This document shows positions 8,398 through 17,156 of a stretch of 19,093 nt of DNA, piece by piece. The stretch lies in contig JBEGVZ010000054.1 in the NCBI GenBank assembly GCA_041178085.1, forward strand, positions 1 through 19,093. Direction: 5' to 3'. The notes under the pieces are model-generated. The model saw only the letters and a list, made by a program, of their open reading frames with translations. It made no database searches and was not told the origin of the DNA. The DNA comes from Pseudomonadota bacterium. GTDB taxonomy: Bacteria; Bdellovibrionota_B; Oligoflexia; Oligoflexales; RGVZ01. A program made the translations under genes and the position numbers. Position 1 is the first letter of the stretch. Each line of letters opens with the position of its first letter.

Positions 8398-8640
8398 CTA
8401 GTGTTTACATCCAAAGCCACAGCTGTGGGCTGGTTTTGGTGGTGCACTTTCGGCGGAAGGCTTTTGGGTGCCCCACTCCTTGATCCCGGCCGAACCGATG
8501 GCGACAGGGCTCATCAGCTTGGTCAGCTGGCACCGGTCGCTGATACAGTCCTCACCCCGCCGTGGTGCCGGGTCTGACATTTTGGCGCTGACTTCGAACC
8601 TCTTACCGCAAGTCGCGCATTCATAAGCATAAATTGGCAT
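8398..8640 (-). CDS. FmdB family zinc-ribbon protein
   Basis: MPIYAYECATCGKRFE signature, with a GGAGG SD upstream of ATG 8640. Confidence 0.88.
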   Translation of the reverse strand: MPIYAYECATCGKRFEVSAKMSDPAPRRGEDCISDRCQLTKLMSPVAIGSAGIKEWGTQKPSAESAPPKPAHSCGFGCKH

Positions 8641-8664
8641 CCTGGACCTCCACAAGCAGGCGCA

Positions 8665-8673
8665 TGCTATACT
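8665..8673 (+). promoter_or_regulatory. Extended -10 sigma-70-type promoter element (TGcTATACT)
   Basis: TGn plus TATACT in the short divergent intergenic region, 36 nt before ATG 8710. Confidence 0.5.
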
Positions 8674-8709
8674 AGAATCTTGAAAAAGATACACCTCCGG
8701 AGGCCCTCC

Positions 8710-9390
8710 ATGAGAGCGCAAATTCTGAATGTTGCCGCAACCGTCTTATTTTCTTCGTCCATTGCTTTTACCGGCATGGCGCTCGCCCAGTCGCCCGTGG
8801 GTGAGCGGGCCCATTATGACCTCGACCGGAATCCTGCGCGGACCACCAGTATGATCCGTAGCGGAGTGGTGGACGTCAGTGTCGACGCCTATGTCCCGGG
8901 TTACAAGAACGGTCCTTCATTTGAGAGCAGCCTGAATTATGACTTTAATATCCAGATGGTCGGTCGGAAGACCGGCACGGAGAAGGTCATGGTGCCGGCG
9001 GAATATTTCTCGCCGGAGTTCATGGAAAACCTGCGCGCGACAGGATCCTACACTGGACCGGATTTCAAGATCCGCCATGAGGGATTTCTTGACGCCAGGA
9101 CGATCGACGGGAACCTCTACCCGCACTGTGACAACATCCTGATTTACGACGTGAACACCTTCGCAGCAAACAGTGAACTCAGCGCCATCTTCCGCATCGC
9201 CAACGACCTGATAACCTCAGCGGCGCAGGCAGCCCTGGGTGTGCGCGGTGACGTGGAAAACCTGCAGGTTCGTGCAGCGATTTATGAGGGTGTGCCTGTG
9301 CTTGGTGCGGTCAAGCTGGACGTCAGCGGCATCGTGAGCGGTTTCAGCTTCAAGGCTGGTGGTGACTACAAGGTCGGCGCCAACGAGTGA
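8710..9390 (+). CDS. Secreted hypothetical protein
   Basis: GGAGG SD at 8699-8703, Sec signal peptide ending ALA|Q, coding-like codon usage; no family recognised. Confidence 0.8.
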   Translation: MRAQILNVAATVLFSSSIAFTGMALAQSPVGERAHYDLDRNPARTTSMIRSGVVDVSVDAYVPGYKNGPSFESSLNYDFNIQMVGRKTGTEKVMVPAEYFSPEFMENLRATGSYTGPDFKIRHEGFLDARTIDGNLYPHCDNILIYDVNTFAANSELSAIFRIANDLITSAAQAALGVRGDVENLQVRAAIYEGVPVLGAVKLDVSGIVSGFSFKAGGDYKVGANE

Positions 9391-10421
9391 CGCTTGACCA
9401 GCCGCCAGGCTTTCAGGTCAAGGCTTGCGATCAGCTCTTTTTCAACCTCCCCGGCTGGGATCCAGTCGGGGTTTTCTTTTGCCATCAGTGCCGGGAAGGT
9501 CTTGGTATCGATGACGTGCACCGATGCGTGGATCTTGTGGCGCGTGATGTTGTGGTTGAATGAGCCTGCATTTTCCGATTTCGCCGGCGGGGTAAACGAG
9601 CCGTCGGTATACCAGAAGCCCCGGCTCTCCTTGAGGAACTTGTGGTCTTGTCCGCGTGCAACCAGTGCGACTTCGAACTCACCCTCGCGTCTGCGCCTGA
9701 CGGGTACCATAAGGGCCAAGCGAACATTTTCAAATTCTGGCCGCAGCTTGGGCGCCGGTGCCAAATGCTGCGAGTTTTTTTGGAAGGCAAGACAGCCAGC
9801 CCGGAGGGGGCATGAATTGCAGTCCGGTTTAGAGGGCGTGCAAACCCGCTGTCCCAATTCCATGACCGCCTGGTTGAAGTCGCCGGGACGGTCTTTCCAT
9901 GGCGCCATCATGCCAGCGGCCAGTTCGCGGTAGCGAGGTTTTAGCTCAGGCAAGTTGGGTGGTTTGCGAATGTCGTTGAGGCGGCACAGAACGCGCTCCA
10001 CATTGCCGTCAATCACTGGCAGTGGCCAGTCGAATGCAATGCTGCCGATTGCCGCTGATGTGTATTCACCGATACCGGGAAGCTTTCGCCACTCCTCGCG
10101 GCTTTTAGGCCATTTGATTCCCTCATCCGGAGTGGACTGCGCCGCGAGAATCCGGGCTGCCTGGTGCAAGTGCCCAAAACGCCGATAGTATCCGAGACCC
10201 TTGACGGCCTCACGCAGATCAGCGGGTTCCGCGGCCGCCAAGGCATGGAGGTCAGGAAATTTTGTAACGAACTTTTGGTAGGCGGGAATCACTACCGGGA
10301 TCAGGGTCTGTTGCAGCATCACTTCGCTGACCCAGACCCGGTAGGGGTCTTTCAAGCTGGCCCAGTCCGACCGCCACGGCAGTTCGCGTTGGTTACGGTC
10401 GTACCAGGCCAGCAGTGACAT
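9366..10421 (-). CDS. mutY: A/G-specific adenine DNA glycosylase
   Basis: Motifs RELPWR, PYRVWVSEVMLQQT, GLGYYRR, HhH LPGIGEYT, DGNVERV, FNQAVMELG and [4Fe-4S] motif CTPSKPDCNSCPLRAGC. Confidence 0.95.
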   Translation of the reverse strand: MSLLAWYDRNQRELPWRSDWASLKDPYRVWVSEVMLQQTLIPVVIPAYQKFVTKFPDLHALAAAEPADLREAVKGLGYYRRFGHLHQAARILAAQSTPDEGIKWPKSREEWRKLPGIGEYTSAAIGSIAFDWPLPVIDGNVERVLCRLNDIRKPPNLPELKPRYRELAAGMMAPWKDRPGDFNQAVMELGQRVCTPSKPDCNSCPLRAGCLAFQKNSQHLAPAPKLRPEFENVRLALMVPVRRRREGEFEVALVARGQDHKFLKESRGFWYTDGSFTPPAKSENAGSFNHNITRHKIHASVHVIDTKTFPALMAKENPDWIPAGEVEKELIASLDLKAWRLVKRHSLAPTL

Positions 10422-10807
10422 CAGTTGTTTGCGGACTCAGTGGCAGCGGAAGCGGCGGTCTTGCGTGCAGGACGCTTTTTAGCCGGTGCTTTGCGAGCCT
10501 TGGTTGCAGTCTTCTTTTTGGTCTTGCCCTTGACGCCGAGGCGGGCACGGACTTGACGCTCGATGGTGTCGACATCAAGGCCAGCTTTTTTGGCGTTCTT
10601 GCGCAGGTCAGTCAGGACGCGATTCATTTGTGGTTCGAACTTCTTGAGGCGCGCTTCCACCATTTTCTCAATTTGCTTGCCGGTTGCAGTCAGGTTTTTG
10701 CGCGAAGTTGCGGTCTTGAGTTTTTTGACGAGGTCGTCACCTTCCTGCTTCAATGTCTTTTGCAGGTGGGTGAGGTCTTTTTGCAACTTGCCGATGAAGT
10801 CTTTCAT
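10421..10807 (-). CDS. Basic protein with amphipathic helical N-terminus and Lys/Ala/Pro histone-like tail (PhaF/phasin-like architecture)
   Basis: AAAGGGGA SD; tail KGKTKKKTATKARKAPAKKRPARKTAA; TGATG overlap with the mutY start. Confidence 0.75.
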   Translation of the reverse strand: MKDFIGKLQKDLTHLQKTLKQEGDDLVKKLKTATSRKNLTATGKQIEKMVEARLKKFEPQMNRVLTDLRKNAKKAGLDVDTIERQVRARLGVKGKTKKKTATKARKAPAKKRPARKTAASAATESANN

Positions 10808-10857
10808 GTTTCGATCCCCTTTGATTGGTGTCTGTCGTCGCTAGCAACCGTTTATCG

Positions 10858-10886
10858 AAGTTAAATTTCATTGTCGGGTCCGTCAA
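10858..10886 (-). promoter_or_regulatory. Putative sigma-70 promoter for the basic protein and mutY
   Basis: Minus strand reads TTGACG-N17-TAACTT. Confidence 0.5.
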
Positions 10887-10900
10887 GGCGGACGGGCCCG
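10875..10900. terminator. GC-rich hairpin downstream of crt (possible terminator or stabiliser)
   Basis: CGGGTCCGTC-aaggcg-GACGGGCCCG, 14 nt after the crt stop. No clear U-tract. Confidence 0.35.
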
Positions 10901-10914
10901 GTGTCAATAAATTG

Positions 10915-11709
10915 TCAGCGAAACACTGGTGATCTTTTCTCGAGGAACGCCGACATTCCTTCCCGTGCTTCAGCGCCTGACCAGCACTGCCTGAAAGCGT
11001 CCGCCTCGGCGGCCATGCCTGCGGATAGATCCATGCGACTGGCATCGCGGACAAGCCGCTTTGCGGTGCGCACTGATTCAGGGCCGGCGGCCAGGATTCC
11101 ATCCACAACGGCTCCCACCTCGGCATCGAGTTTTTCCGGTTCGGTCACCCGGGATACGAGTCCAGCCTGTAACGCGTCCAAGGCGCCAAGCATCCTGGCT
11201 CGACCGGAACAGATCATGTCCAATGCAACTGGCAGGCCAACCCGGCGCACCAGGCGCTGTGTACCCCCAAATCCAGGGATCAGCCCCAGATTGACTTCGG
11301 GCTGGCCGAACTTCGCGTTGTTTGCGGCGATGATGATGTCACATGCCATTGCCAGTTCGCAGCCCCCGCCCAACGCAAATCCGCGAACTTTTGCAATCAC
11401 CAGCTGCGGCATCGATTCCAGAATGGTCGTGACCTGCTGGCCGAGCCGGGCAAATTTTGCGGCTCCCGGCGAGTCCAGTTCGCGCATTTCAGCGATATCG
11501 GCACCAGCGATGAATGCTTTTTCCCCAGCGCCCTCAATGGTTACTACCCGGATTGACGGGTCGGTGGCGATGCCTTCAAGGCATGCCTTCAATTCACTGA
11601 GCACGCGGGAGTTAAGGGCATTCAGGGCGGCTGGACGGTTGATCACGATCCGCCTGACGGCGCCACCTGCCATGGCTTCGGTAGCGATGGATTCGTAAGT
11701 TGTGGTCAA
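10915..11709 (-). CDS. crt: Enoyl-CoA hydratase (crotonase)
   Basis: Motifs INRPAALNALN, KAFIAGADIAEM, GFALGGGCELAMACD, FGQPEVNLGLIPGFGGTQRL and EGMSAFLEKR. TTG start after AGGAG. Confidence 0.93.
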   Translation of the reverse strand: MTTTYESIATEAMAGGAVRRIVINRPAALNALNSRVLSELKACLEGIATDPSIRVVTIEGAGEKAFIAGADIAEMRELDSPGAAKFARLGQQVTTILESMPQLVIAKVRGFALGGGCELAMACDIIIAANNAKFGQPEVNLGLIPGFGGTQRLVRRVGLPVALDMICSGRARMLGALDALQAGLVSRVTEPEKLDAEVGAVVDGILAAGPESVRTAKRLVRDASRMDLSAGMAAEADAFRQCWSGAEAREGMSAFLEKRSPVFR

Positions 11710-11730
11710 GGCAAACTCCTGTGACTGCGT

Positions 11731-12594
11731 TCAGTAACGGTAAACGCCACGTTTGGTTTTGCGGCCCAGCCATCCGGCTTCGACGTGCTTGACCAGGAGC
11801 GGTGACGGGCGGTAGCGCGGGTCCCCCAGTCCATCATGCAGCACGCGCATGATCGCAAGGCAAGTATCCAGGCCAATGAAGTCAGCAAGAGTCAGGGGCC
11901 CCATCGGCTGGTTGGTGCCAAGTTTCATCCCTTTGTCGATGTCCTCTGCCGAAGCCACGCCTTCCATGAGTGCGTTGAAGGCTTCGTTTATCATTGGCAT
12001 CAGAATCCGGTTGACGACAAATCCCGGGTAATCAGCGCTACGAGAGGTTTCTTTGCCAAGGCCGTGTGCCAGGTCGAGGATCCGGCGCGTGGTTTCGTCC
12101 GAAGTTCCCATGCCGGGAATGACTTCGACCAGCTTCATCAGGGGTACCGGGTTCATGAAGTGCATGCCGACAAACTTGTCGGGGCGGGATGTCGCAGCGG
12201 CAAGCCGGGTGATCGGGATCGAGGATGTGTTGCTGGCCAGGATGGCACCCTGCGGAGCAATTTTGTCCAGCTTCTGGAAGACTTCGACCTTGACCCGCTC
12301 ATTTTCCGTGATGGCTTCGACGATCAGGTCGCAGCTGCTGAGCGATTCCATGTCATTTTTGAAAGACAGGGCGGCCAGGGCGCGGTCATGGCTCGACTGG
12401 TCGATGACGCCTTTTGCGGTCAGTTTTTCCAGGGAGGTTTTGATCCCTGCCCGGGCTTTCTCAAGCTGGTTGTCACTGATGTCAACGAGGATCGTTTTCA
12501 AACCATGGGTGGCACAGACCTGGGCGATTCCGGCACCCATCTGGCCTCCGCCCACGACCCCTATGGTGCTGAAACCTGCGATCTGGTGTGTCAT
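11731..12594 (-). CDS. hbd: 3-hydroxybutyryl-CoA dehydrogenase
   Basis: Rossmann [48 protein letters not shown] and [17 protein letters not shown] 12594 lies 8 nt after GGAGG. Confidence 0.95.
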   Translation of the reverse strand: MTHQIAGFSTIGVVGGGQMGAGIAQVCATHGLKTILVDISDNQLEKARAGIKTSLEKLTAKGVIDQSSHDRALAALSFKNDMESLSSCDLIVEAITENERVKVEVFQKLDKIAPQGAILASNTSSIPITRLAAATSRPDKFVGMHFMNPVPLMKLVEVIPGMGTSDETTRRILDLAHGLGKETSRSADYPGFVVNRILMPMINEAFNALMEGVASAEDIDKGMKLGTNQPMGPLTLADFIGLDTCLAIMRVLHDGLGDPRYRPSPLLVKHVEAGWLGRKTKRGVYRY

Positions 12595-12682
12595 TGTTCG
12601 GGCCTCCGGCACGGAAGTTGTGTTATGAAAAACAGGGGTTTTACCCTGTTACCCGGCGGAATCTTAGATCAACAGGCCTGAA

Positions 12683-14176
12683 ATGCAACAAATTGATCCC
12701 ATGGCTCGTGATGCGGACCTGGATTCTGGTGAGGTCCTGGACGCCACCAGTTTGTTGGCACGTCACGGTCTGCCTGCGTCCTTTCCGGGATCAGACGCTC
12801 CGGTTTCCGCGCCGGCAGCCTTGGTTCGCTGGCTTCTGGTCGGTGCCGGGGCGACAGGCAAAGCGCTGTGCCTGGGCGGTGCCCAGTCGAACAATGTGGT
12901 TGCTCTTGAGCAGGAAGAGGTCGCGCTGGGCGATGTGCTTGACCTGGTTTTTTCCCCCGGAGCTGTCTTGGGCCGGTGGCCGGAGGCCAGGGCTGGGGTG
13001 GTTGTGGTCCTGTCCTACGACGATCTTGCCGGGATCGCCTACCAAGAATCTGGTGTGGTGATTCGTGAGCTGAAAAGGGAAGGAAGATCTGACGCGGCAG
13101 ATGGTCCATCGCCTTCTTTTGCCCGCAAAATATTGTCGGCAGTGCGCGTGAACGCGAGCCGGAGCTTGGCTGCTCTATCCTGCGCTCCGGGGCGTGAACG
13201 TCAGGCGATGGCATCCCTGGATGTCATCCTGGATGCTGCAGGCAAGCTGGCGGGCCAGCCGGACTTTCTTGCTGGAGTCATGTCAACGCCGCAGCTTTTC
13301 CCTGAAGCCGGCGATGCTGCATACCTTCGTGCGGTCGAGGAAGTGATCCATCAGATCCGTGAAGGCCGATGGTACCAGCTCAACATGCTGCGGTTCTTCA
13401 AGCTCGACTTTTCTGATGGCATGATAGATGGCGTGCTAGATGGCGTGATGCCTCCCGGCTGGTTCGCATGGCGGATGGATTCCGCCGGAGGCAGCTGGTC
13501 TGCCATGGTCGATGGCGCTTCCGCCCGGATCATGTGCCTGAGTCCTGAGCGTTTCACTTCGGTTCTTCCTGATGCGAACGGCGCCTGGTTGCATACTTAC
13601 CCGGTCAAGGGGACGATCCCCCGTGATCTTGACCCCATGGTGGATCGCCGCAACGCTGAAATGCTCCTGCGCAGTCGTAAAGACCTTGCGGAGTTGCACA
13701 TGATCGTCGATTTGATGCGCAATGATTTCCACCGGATTGCGGGTCAACACCCGGTGACGGTTCCGGTTGAACAAGTCGTCCGTTCGCATGCGAATGTGCA
13801 CCACTTGCATGCCGAGGTGCGTTCGAGGATCAGTCCGGACGTTTCTTTTGCCAGCCTTGTGGGCGCGATTTGCCCTGCCGGTTCCATCACGGGCACCCCC
13901 AAGCTGGAAGTGATCAAGGGAATCCGTGAACTGGAAGGCCGCCCCCGCGGTTATCACATGGGTAACCTCTTTTATTGGCAGCCGGACGGTCGGCTTGATT
14001 CATCGGTGCTGATACGGACGATAACCAGTCCTGTCCCGGGGCGCAGGGGAGCGTATGAATTGGCCGCAGGAAGCGGTATTGTTGTTCATAGCAACCCGGA
14101 GTCTGAACTGGCCGAGGTGATGGCCAAGGCGCGTATCGCGACGGCTCCGTTGTCCCAATTCGCCGGGTGTCCATGA
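12683..14176 (+). CDS. pabB: Chorismate-binding enzyme, aminodeoxychorismate synthase component I-like (start uncertain: 12683 or 12701)
   Basis: Motifs YQLN, SPERF, PVKGT (Lys as in PabB PIKGT, not TrpE PIAGT), KDLAELHMIVDLMRND, PAGSITGTPK, IRT and AGSGIV. Confidence 0.8.
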   Translation: MQQIDPMARDADLDSGEVLDATSLLARHGLPASFPGSDAPVSAPAALVRWLLVGAGATGKALCLGGAQSNNVVALEQEEVALGDVLDLVFSPGAVLGRWPEARAGVVVVLSYDDLAGIAYQESGVVIRELKREGRSDAADGPSPSFARKILSAVRVNASRSLAALSCAPGRERQAMASLDVILDAAGKLAGQPDFLAGVMSTPQLFPEAGDAAYLRAVEEVIHQIREGRWYQLNMLRFFKLDFSDGMIDGVLDGVMPPGWFAWRMDSAGGSWSAMVDGASARIMCLSPERFTSVLPDANGAWLHTYPVKGTIPRDLDPMVDRRNAEMLLRSRKDLAELHMIVDLMRNDFHRIAGQHPVTVPVEQVVRSHANVHHLHAEVRSRISPDVSFASLVGAICPAGSITGTPKLEVIKGIRELEGRPRGYHMGNLFYWQPDGRLDSSVLIRTITSPVPGRRGAYELAAGSGIVVHSNPESELAEVMAKARIATAPLSQFAGCP

Positions 14177-15939
14177 GCAGTCACAGCAACAAAAAATTTC
14201 CGCTTTCGCAGCTGCTTGGCAGGCGTGTCCGCAATGTCGGGCGCATGGCCCAGATCGTTAACGTCTTCGCAAGGCACGGTTACTGGTCAGTCATCCGTCA
14301 GCTTGGTGCCGACCGCTGGTTGACGCCAGAGCAATTCAAGCGTGCGGAAGTGATTTCAAGCACCGAGGGACGCGAGGCTGAAGACATTGATGCGATTCCG
14401 GATTCCCCCTCCGCCAGACAGGATCTTGCACCGCCGGCCCGTCTGCGCATGGCACTGGAGGAACTTGGTCCGGCCTTTGTAAAGCTGGGACAGGTGCTTG
14501 CTGTTCGCGAGGATCTTTTGCCTTCCGAATATCTGGTGGAATTGCGCAAGTTGCACACCCAGGTCGAAGCGTTGCCGTACAGTGTGATCCTGGAGCGCCT
14601 CGAGGCGGAGCTGGGACCGGCGCGCATGAGTGAGTTTTCGCATATTGAACAACAGCCGCTGGCGGCGGGTTCGATTGCCCAGGTGCACGTCGCCAGGCTG
14701 GTGTCAGGTGATGAGGTGGTGATCAAGGTCCAGCGCCCGAATATTGCCCAGCAGATCCAGACGGACCTGCAATTGATCTCGGCCCTGGCGGCGCTTGTGG
14801 AAAAATATTTGCCTGAACTGCGTTCTGTGCGACTGCCCACCATGGCCGCCGAACTCAGCCGCGCGATGGCCAGCGAGCTGGATTTCATTCGTGAAGCTGG
14901 CAGCACCACCAAGTTTGCCGCCAATTTCAAGGCAGTGGATTACGTAGAAATTCCTGAAGTTTACTGGGACTACACGACTTCCCGCGTACTGACCATGTCT
15001 TACCTGCGCGGGACATCGCCCTGGGACAAGGCCGAGATCCAGCGCCTGGGCCTGAATCCAGTGCTGCTGGTCGAACAGGGCATGGAAATGTTCCTGAAGA
15101 TGGTTTTTGTGGACGGGATCTATCATGGCGATCTGCATCCTGGAAACCTTCTGGTGTTGCCAGAGAACCGTGTCGGTGTGCTCGATTTCGGTTTGGTCGT
15201 AAGGATTTCAAGGACCACGCGCGAACACCTGGCGGGATTACTGGTTGCACTTGTCCAGGAAGACTTTGAACGCATGGTTCAGCATTTTGTCGAGCTCTCT
15301 GATCCGGATCCTGACTTTGACTTGGAACGTTTTCAGCACGACATCGCAAATGCGGTGGCTCCGTTCGTGGGTCTGCGCCTGAAAGCGATCCGTTCGGGTG
15401 GACTTTTGTTCGACCTGGCGCGTCTGGCTGCGCGACACGGTGTGCCGATGCCACAGGAATTGATCATCTTCATCAAGACGATGGCGTCCTTCGAGGGTAT
15501 TGGCCAACACCTCGATCCCGATTTCGACATCATGGCATCGTGCGAGAAATTTGCCGTACGCATCGTCAAGGATTTGTATTCGGCCGACAACATCCGGGAT
15601 CAAGCCCTTGTAATTGGGCGTGATGCTGCAGCCCTGATGCGCCATGCGCCTCTGCAACTTCGCCGTCTTCTGAAGGCTGCCCTCGAGGGTGACATACGTC
15701 TGCAGGTCGACAGTGAAGATCTTGCCGACCTTGGGCAGTCCGTGGACCGCCTGTCGGCTCGTCTTGCCCTTTCTGTATTGTCTGCGGGGCTTTTCGTCAC
15801 GGGGGCCTGGCTTTGGACCGATACCGGTGCCCGTCTGCTGTTTGGTGTCCCGGTACCGGCGTTGGTGGCTTTTGTGCTCGCAGGCAGTTCCGGCATGCTG
15901 GTGCTGTTGTCGGTGCTGCGCAAACGGTCGCTGTTTTGA
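14173..15939 (+). CDS. AarF/ABC1/UbiB family atypical kinase
   Basis: Motifs LEELGPAFVKLGQ, PLAAGSIAQVH, VIKVQRP, ELDFIRE, HGDLHPGN and LDFG, plus two C-terminal TMs. ATGA overlap with pabB. Confidence 0.93.
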   Translation: MSSHSNKKFPLSQLLGRRVRNVGRMAQIVNVFARHGYWSVIRQLGADRWLTPEQFKRAEVISSTEGREAEDIDAIPDSPSARQDLAPPARLRMALEELGPAFVKLGQVLAVREDLLPSEYLVELRKLHTQVEALPYSVILERLEAELGPARMSEFSHIEQQPLAAGSIAQVHVARLVSGDEVVIKVQRPNIAQQIQTDLQLISALAALVEKYLPELRSVRLPTMAAELSRAMASELDFIREAGSTTKFAANFKAVDYVEIPEVYWDYTTSRVLTMSYLRGTSPWDKAEIQRLGLNPVLLVEQGMEMFLKMVFVDGIYHGDLHPGNLLVLPENRVGVLDFGLVVRISRTTREHLAGLLVALVQEDFERMVQHFVELSDPDPDFDLERFQHDIANAVAPFVGLRLKAIRSGGLLFDLARLAARHGVPMPQELIIFIKTMASFEGIGQHLDPDFDIMASCEKFAVRIVKDLYSADNIRDQALVIGRDAAALMRHAPLQLRRLLKAALEGDIRLQVDSEDLADLGQSVDRLSARLALSVLSAGLFVTGAWLWTDTGARLLFGVPVPALVAFVLAGSSGMLVLLSVLRKRSLF

Positions 15940-16063
15940 TCTGCGGCACTTGTTTCCTGCCTTATGGCTTGTGGGATTCCCGAGGATCAGGGGTATAATC
16001 ATTCCTGATTCTGCTGGCAGTTCGGCGTGCCGCACTTGACCTTGAAACAAGCGAGAGGAACGG

Positions 16064-17155
16064 ATGAACTGGATTCATTATAGTTTGCCGTTTTTGCTGT
16101 GCTTTTTTGCCGCTGTTGTGGCGCGCGGGGAAGTTGAGAAGCATGGTCTGCAGCAGTCGCACGAGGCCACCGGGAAGAAGCAGGATTCCAGTCACTGGCT
16201 GCGCCCAGACCCCGAAACCATTTCTTTTATCGATGCCTATCGTGTCGCACAAGTCAGGCATCAGGTGACGGCCGGTTATTTGTCCACGTCCAGCGAGCAG
16301 GAAGACTACAATCCCGGATCATCGAGGACTTCAGGCTCAGCGTCGTCGGCGGGGTACCGCGCTTCACTCTTCACGGCAGCTCTGGACCCCTGGGACCTGG
16401 TTCGAATCGGTGCGGGATACAAATCATTGTCCGGGCGATCGACTTCCCGCATCGGTGAAATGAACGCTTTTCAAGTCGAACCATCGACCTACACGGAATA
16501 CAGGTCCACGAACTCATCGAGCACGGCTTCGTTTGTCCTGGCTTTTTCCCTTCCAGCCGGGATCGGAATCGCTGTTGGGATGGATTCTGAGTCCTCTGGC
16601 TCAACGATCAGGACTGAAGGCCAGGACGAAGATCATGTGGAGTCAAATTACACGCGTCCAAGAGCATCGCTTGCCTGGTTGCTGGAGGGGCACCAGATTG
16701 GTTTGGCATGGCACCCATCGGTCATCGTAGAAGAAGCTAAAGCTCCGGTGCAAATCGAGCGCGAAGTCAGCCTGGTTTACCATTACCTGGAGGGCGGCGT
16801 GAACCTGGGGGTCAGTCTTACCCACCACGGTTGGAAGGAACTCGATGAAAAACATCAAGACAAGGTTTCCTATGCGTTGACGTCGGAGCAACGTACCAGC
16901 AACCGCGTCAATGTGGGGCTCGAGGGAACGTACAGTCCTGGTTATTACACGACCTTTGGTTCACTGGATCCACAGACGATGCCGAAAAGCTCTTTTGGCC
17001 TGCGCGTAAACTATGCTGTGACAGATCATTTTGAGTTCGTCGTCAAAGGCACTGCCGTGGCGAAATACCGTAAAAAGATCGAGGAGCAGGGTTATACATA
17101 CTCCTCCATGAATGGATCGCGCGAGTATTCAGCAGCAGTGCGTGGGTCGTTCTGA
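16064..17155 (+). CDS. Putative outer-membrane beta-barrel protein
   Basis: GAGAGG SD, signal peptide, alternating beta-strands rich in Ser/Tyr/Gly, and C-terminal BAM-type strand YSAAVRGSF ending in Phe. Confidence 0.7.
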   Translation: MNWIHYSLPFLLCFFAAVVARGEVEKHGLQQSHEATGKKQDSSHWLRPDPETISFIDAYRVAQVRHQVTAGYLSTSSEQEDYNPGSSRTSGSASSAGYRASLFTAALDPWDLVRIGAGYKSLSGRSTSRIGEMNAFQVEPSTYTEYRSTNSSSTASFVLAFSLPAGIGIAVGMDSESSGSTIRTEGQDEDHVESNYTRPRASLAWLLEGHQIGLAWHPSVIVEEAKAPVQIEREVSLVYHYLEGGVNLGVSLTHHGWKELDEKHQDKVSYALTSEQRTSNRVNVGLEGTYSPGYYTTFGSLDPQTMPKSSFGLRVNYAVTDHFEFVVKGTAVAKYRKKIEEQGYTYSSMNGSREYSAAVRGSF

Positions 17156-17156
17156 G

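Noticed and set aside
8641..8721. N-terminal extension of the FmdB ORF, and similar longer starts at 2852, 3495, 4381, 8680 and 17112
   Set aside because: Downstream starts have SD sequences, coupling overlaps or family-typical N-termini.
10871..12681. Long antisense ORFs (275 and 281 aa) opposite crt and hbd
   Set aside because: Typical shadow ORFs of GC-rich, codon-biased genes. The same applies to the other alternate-frame ORFs in the track.
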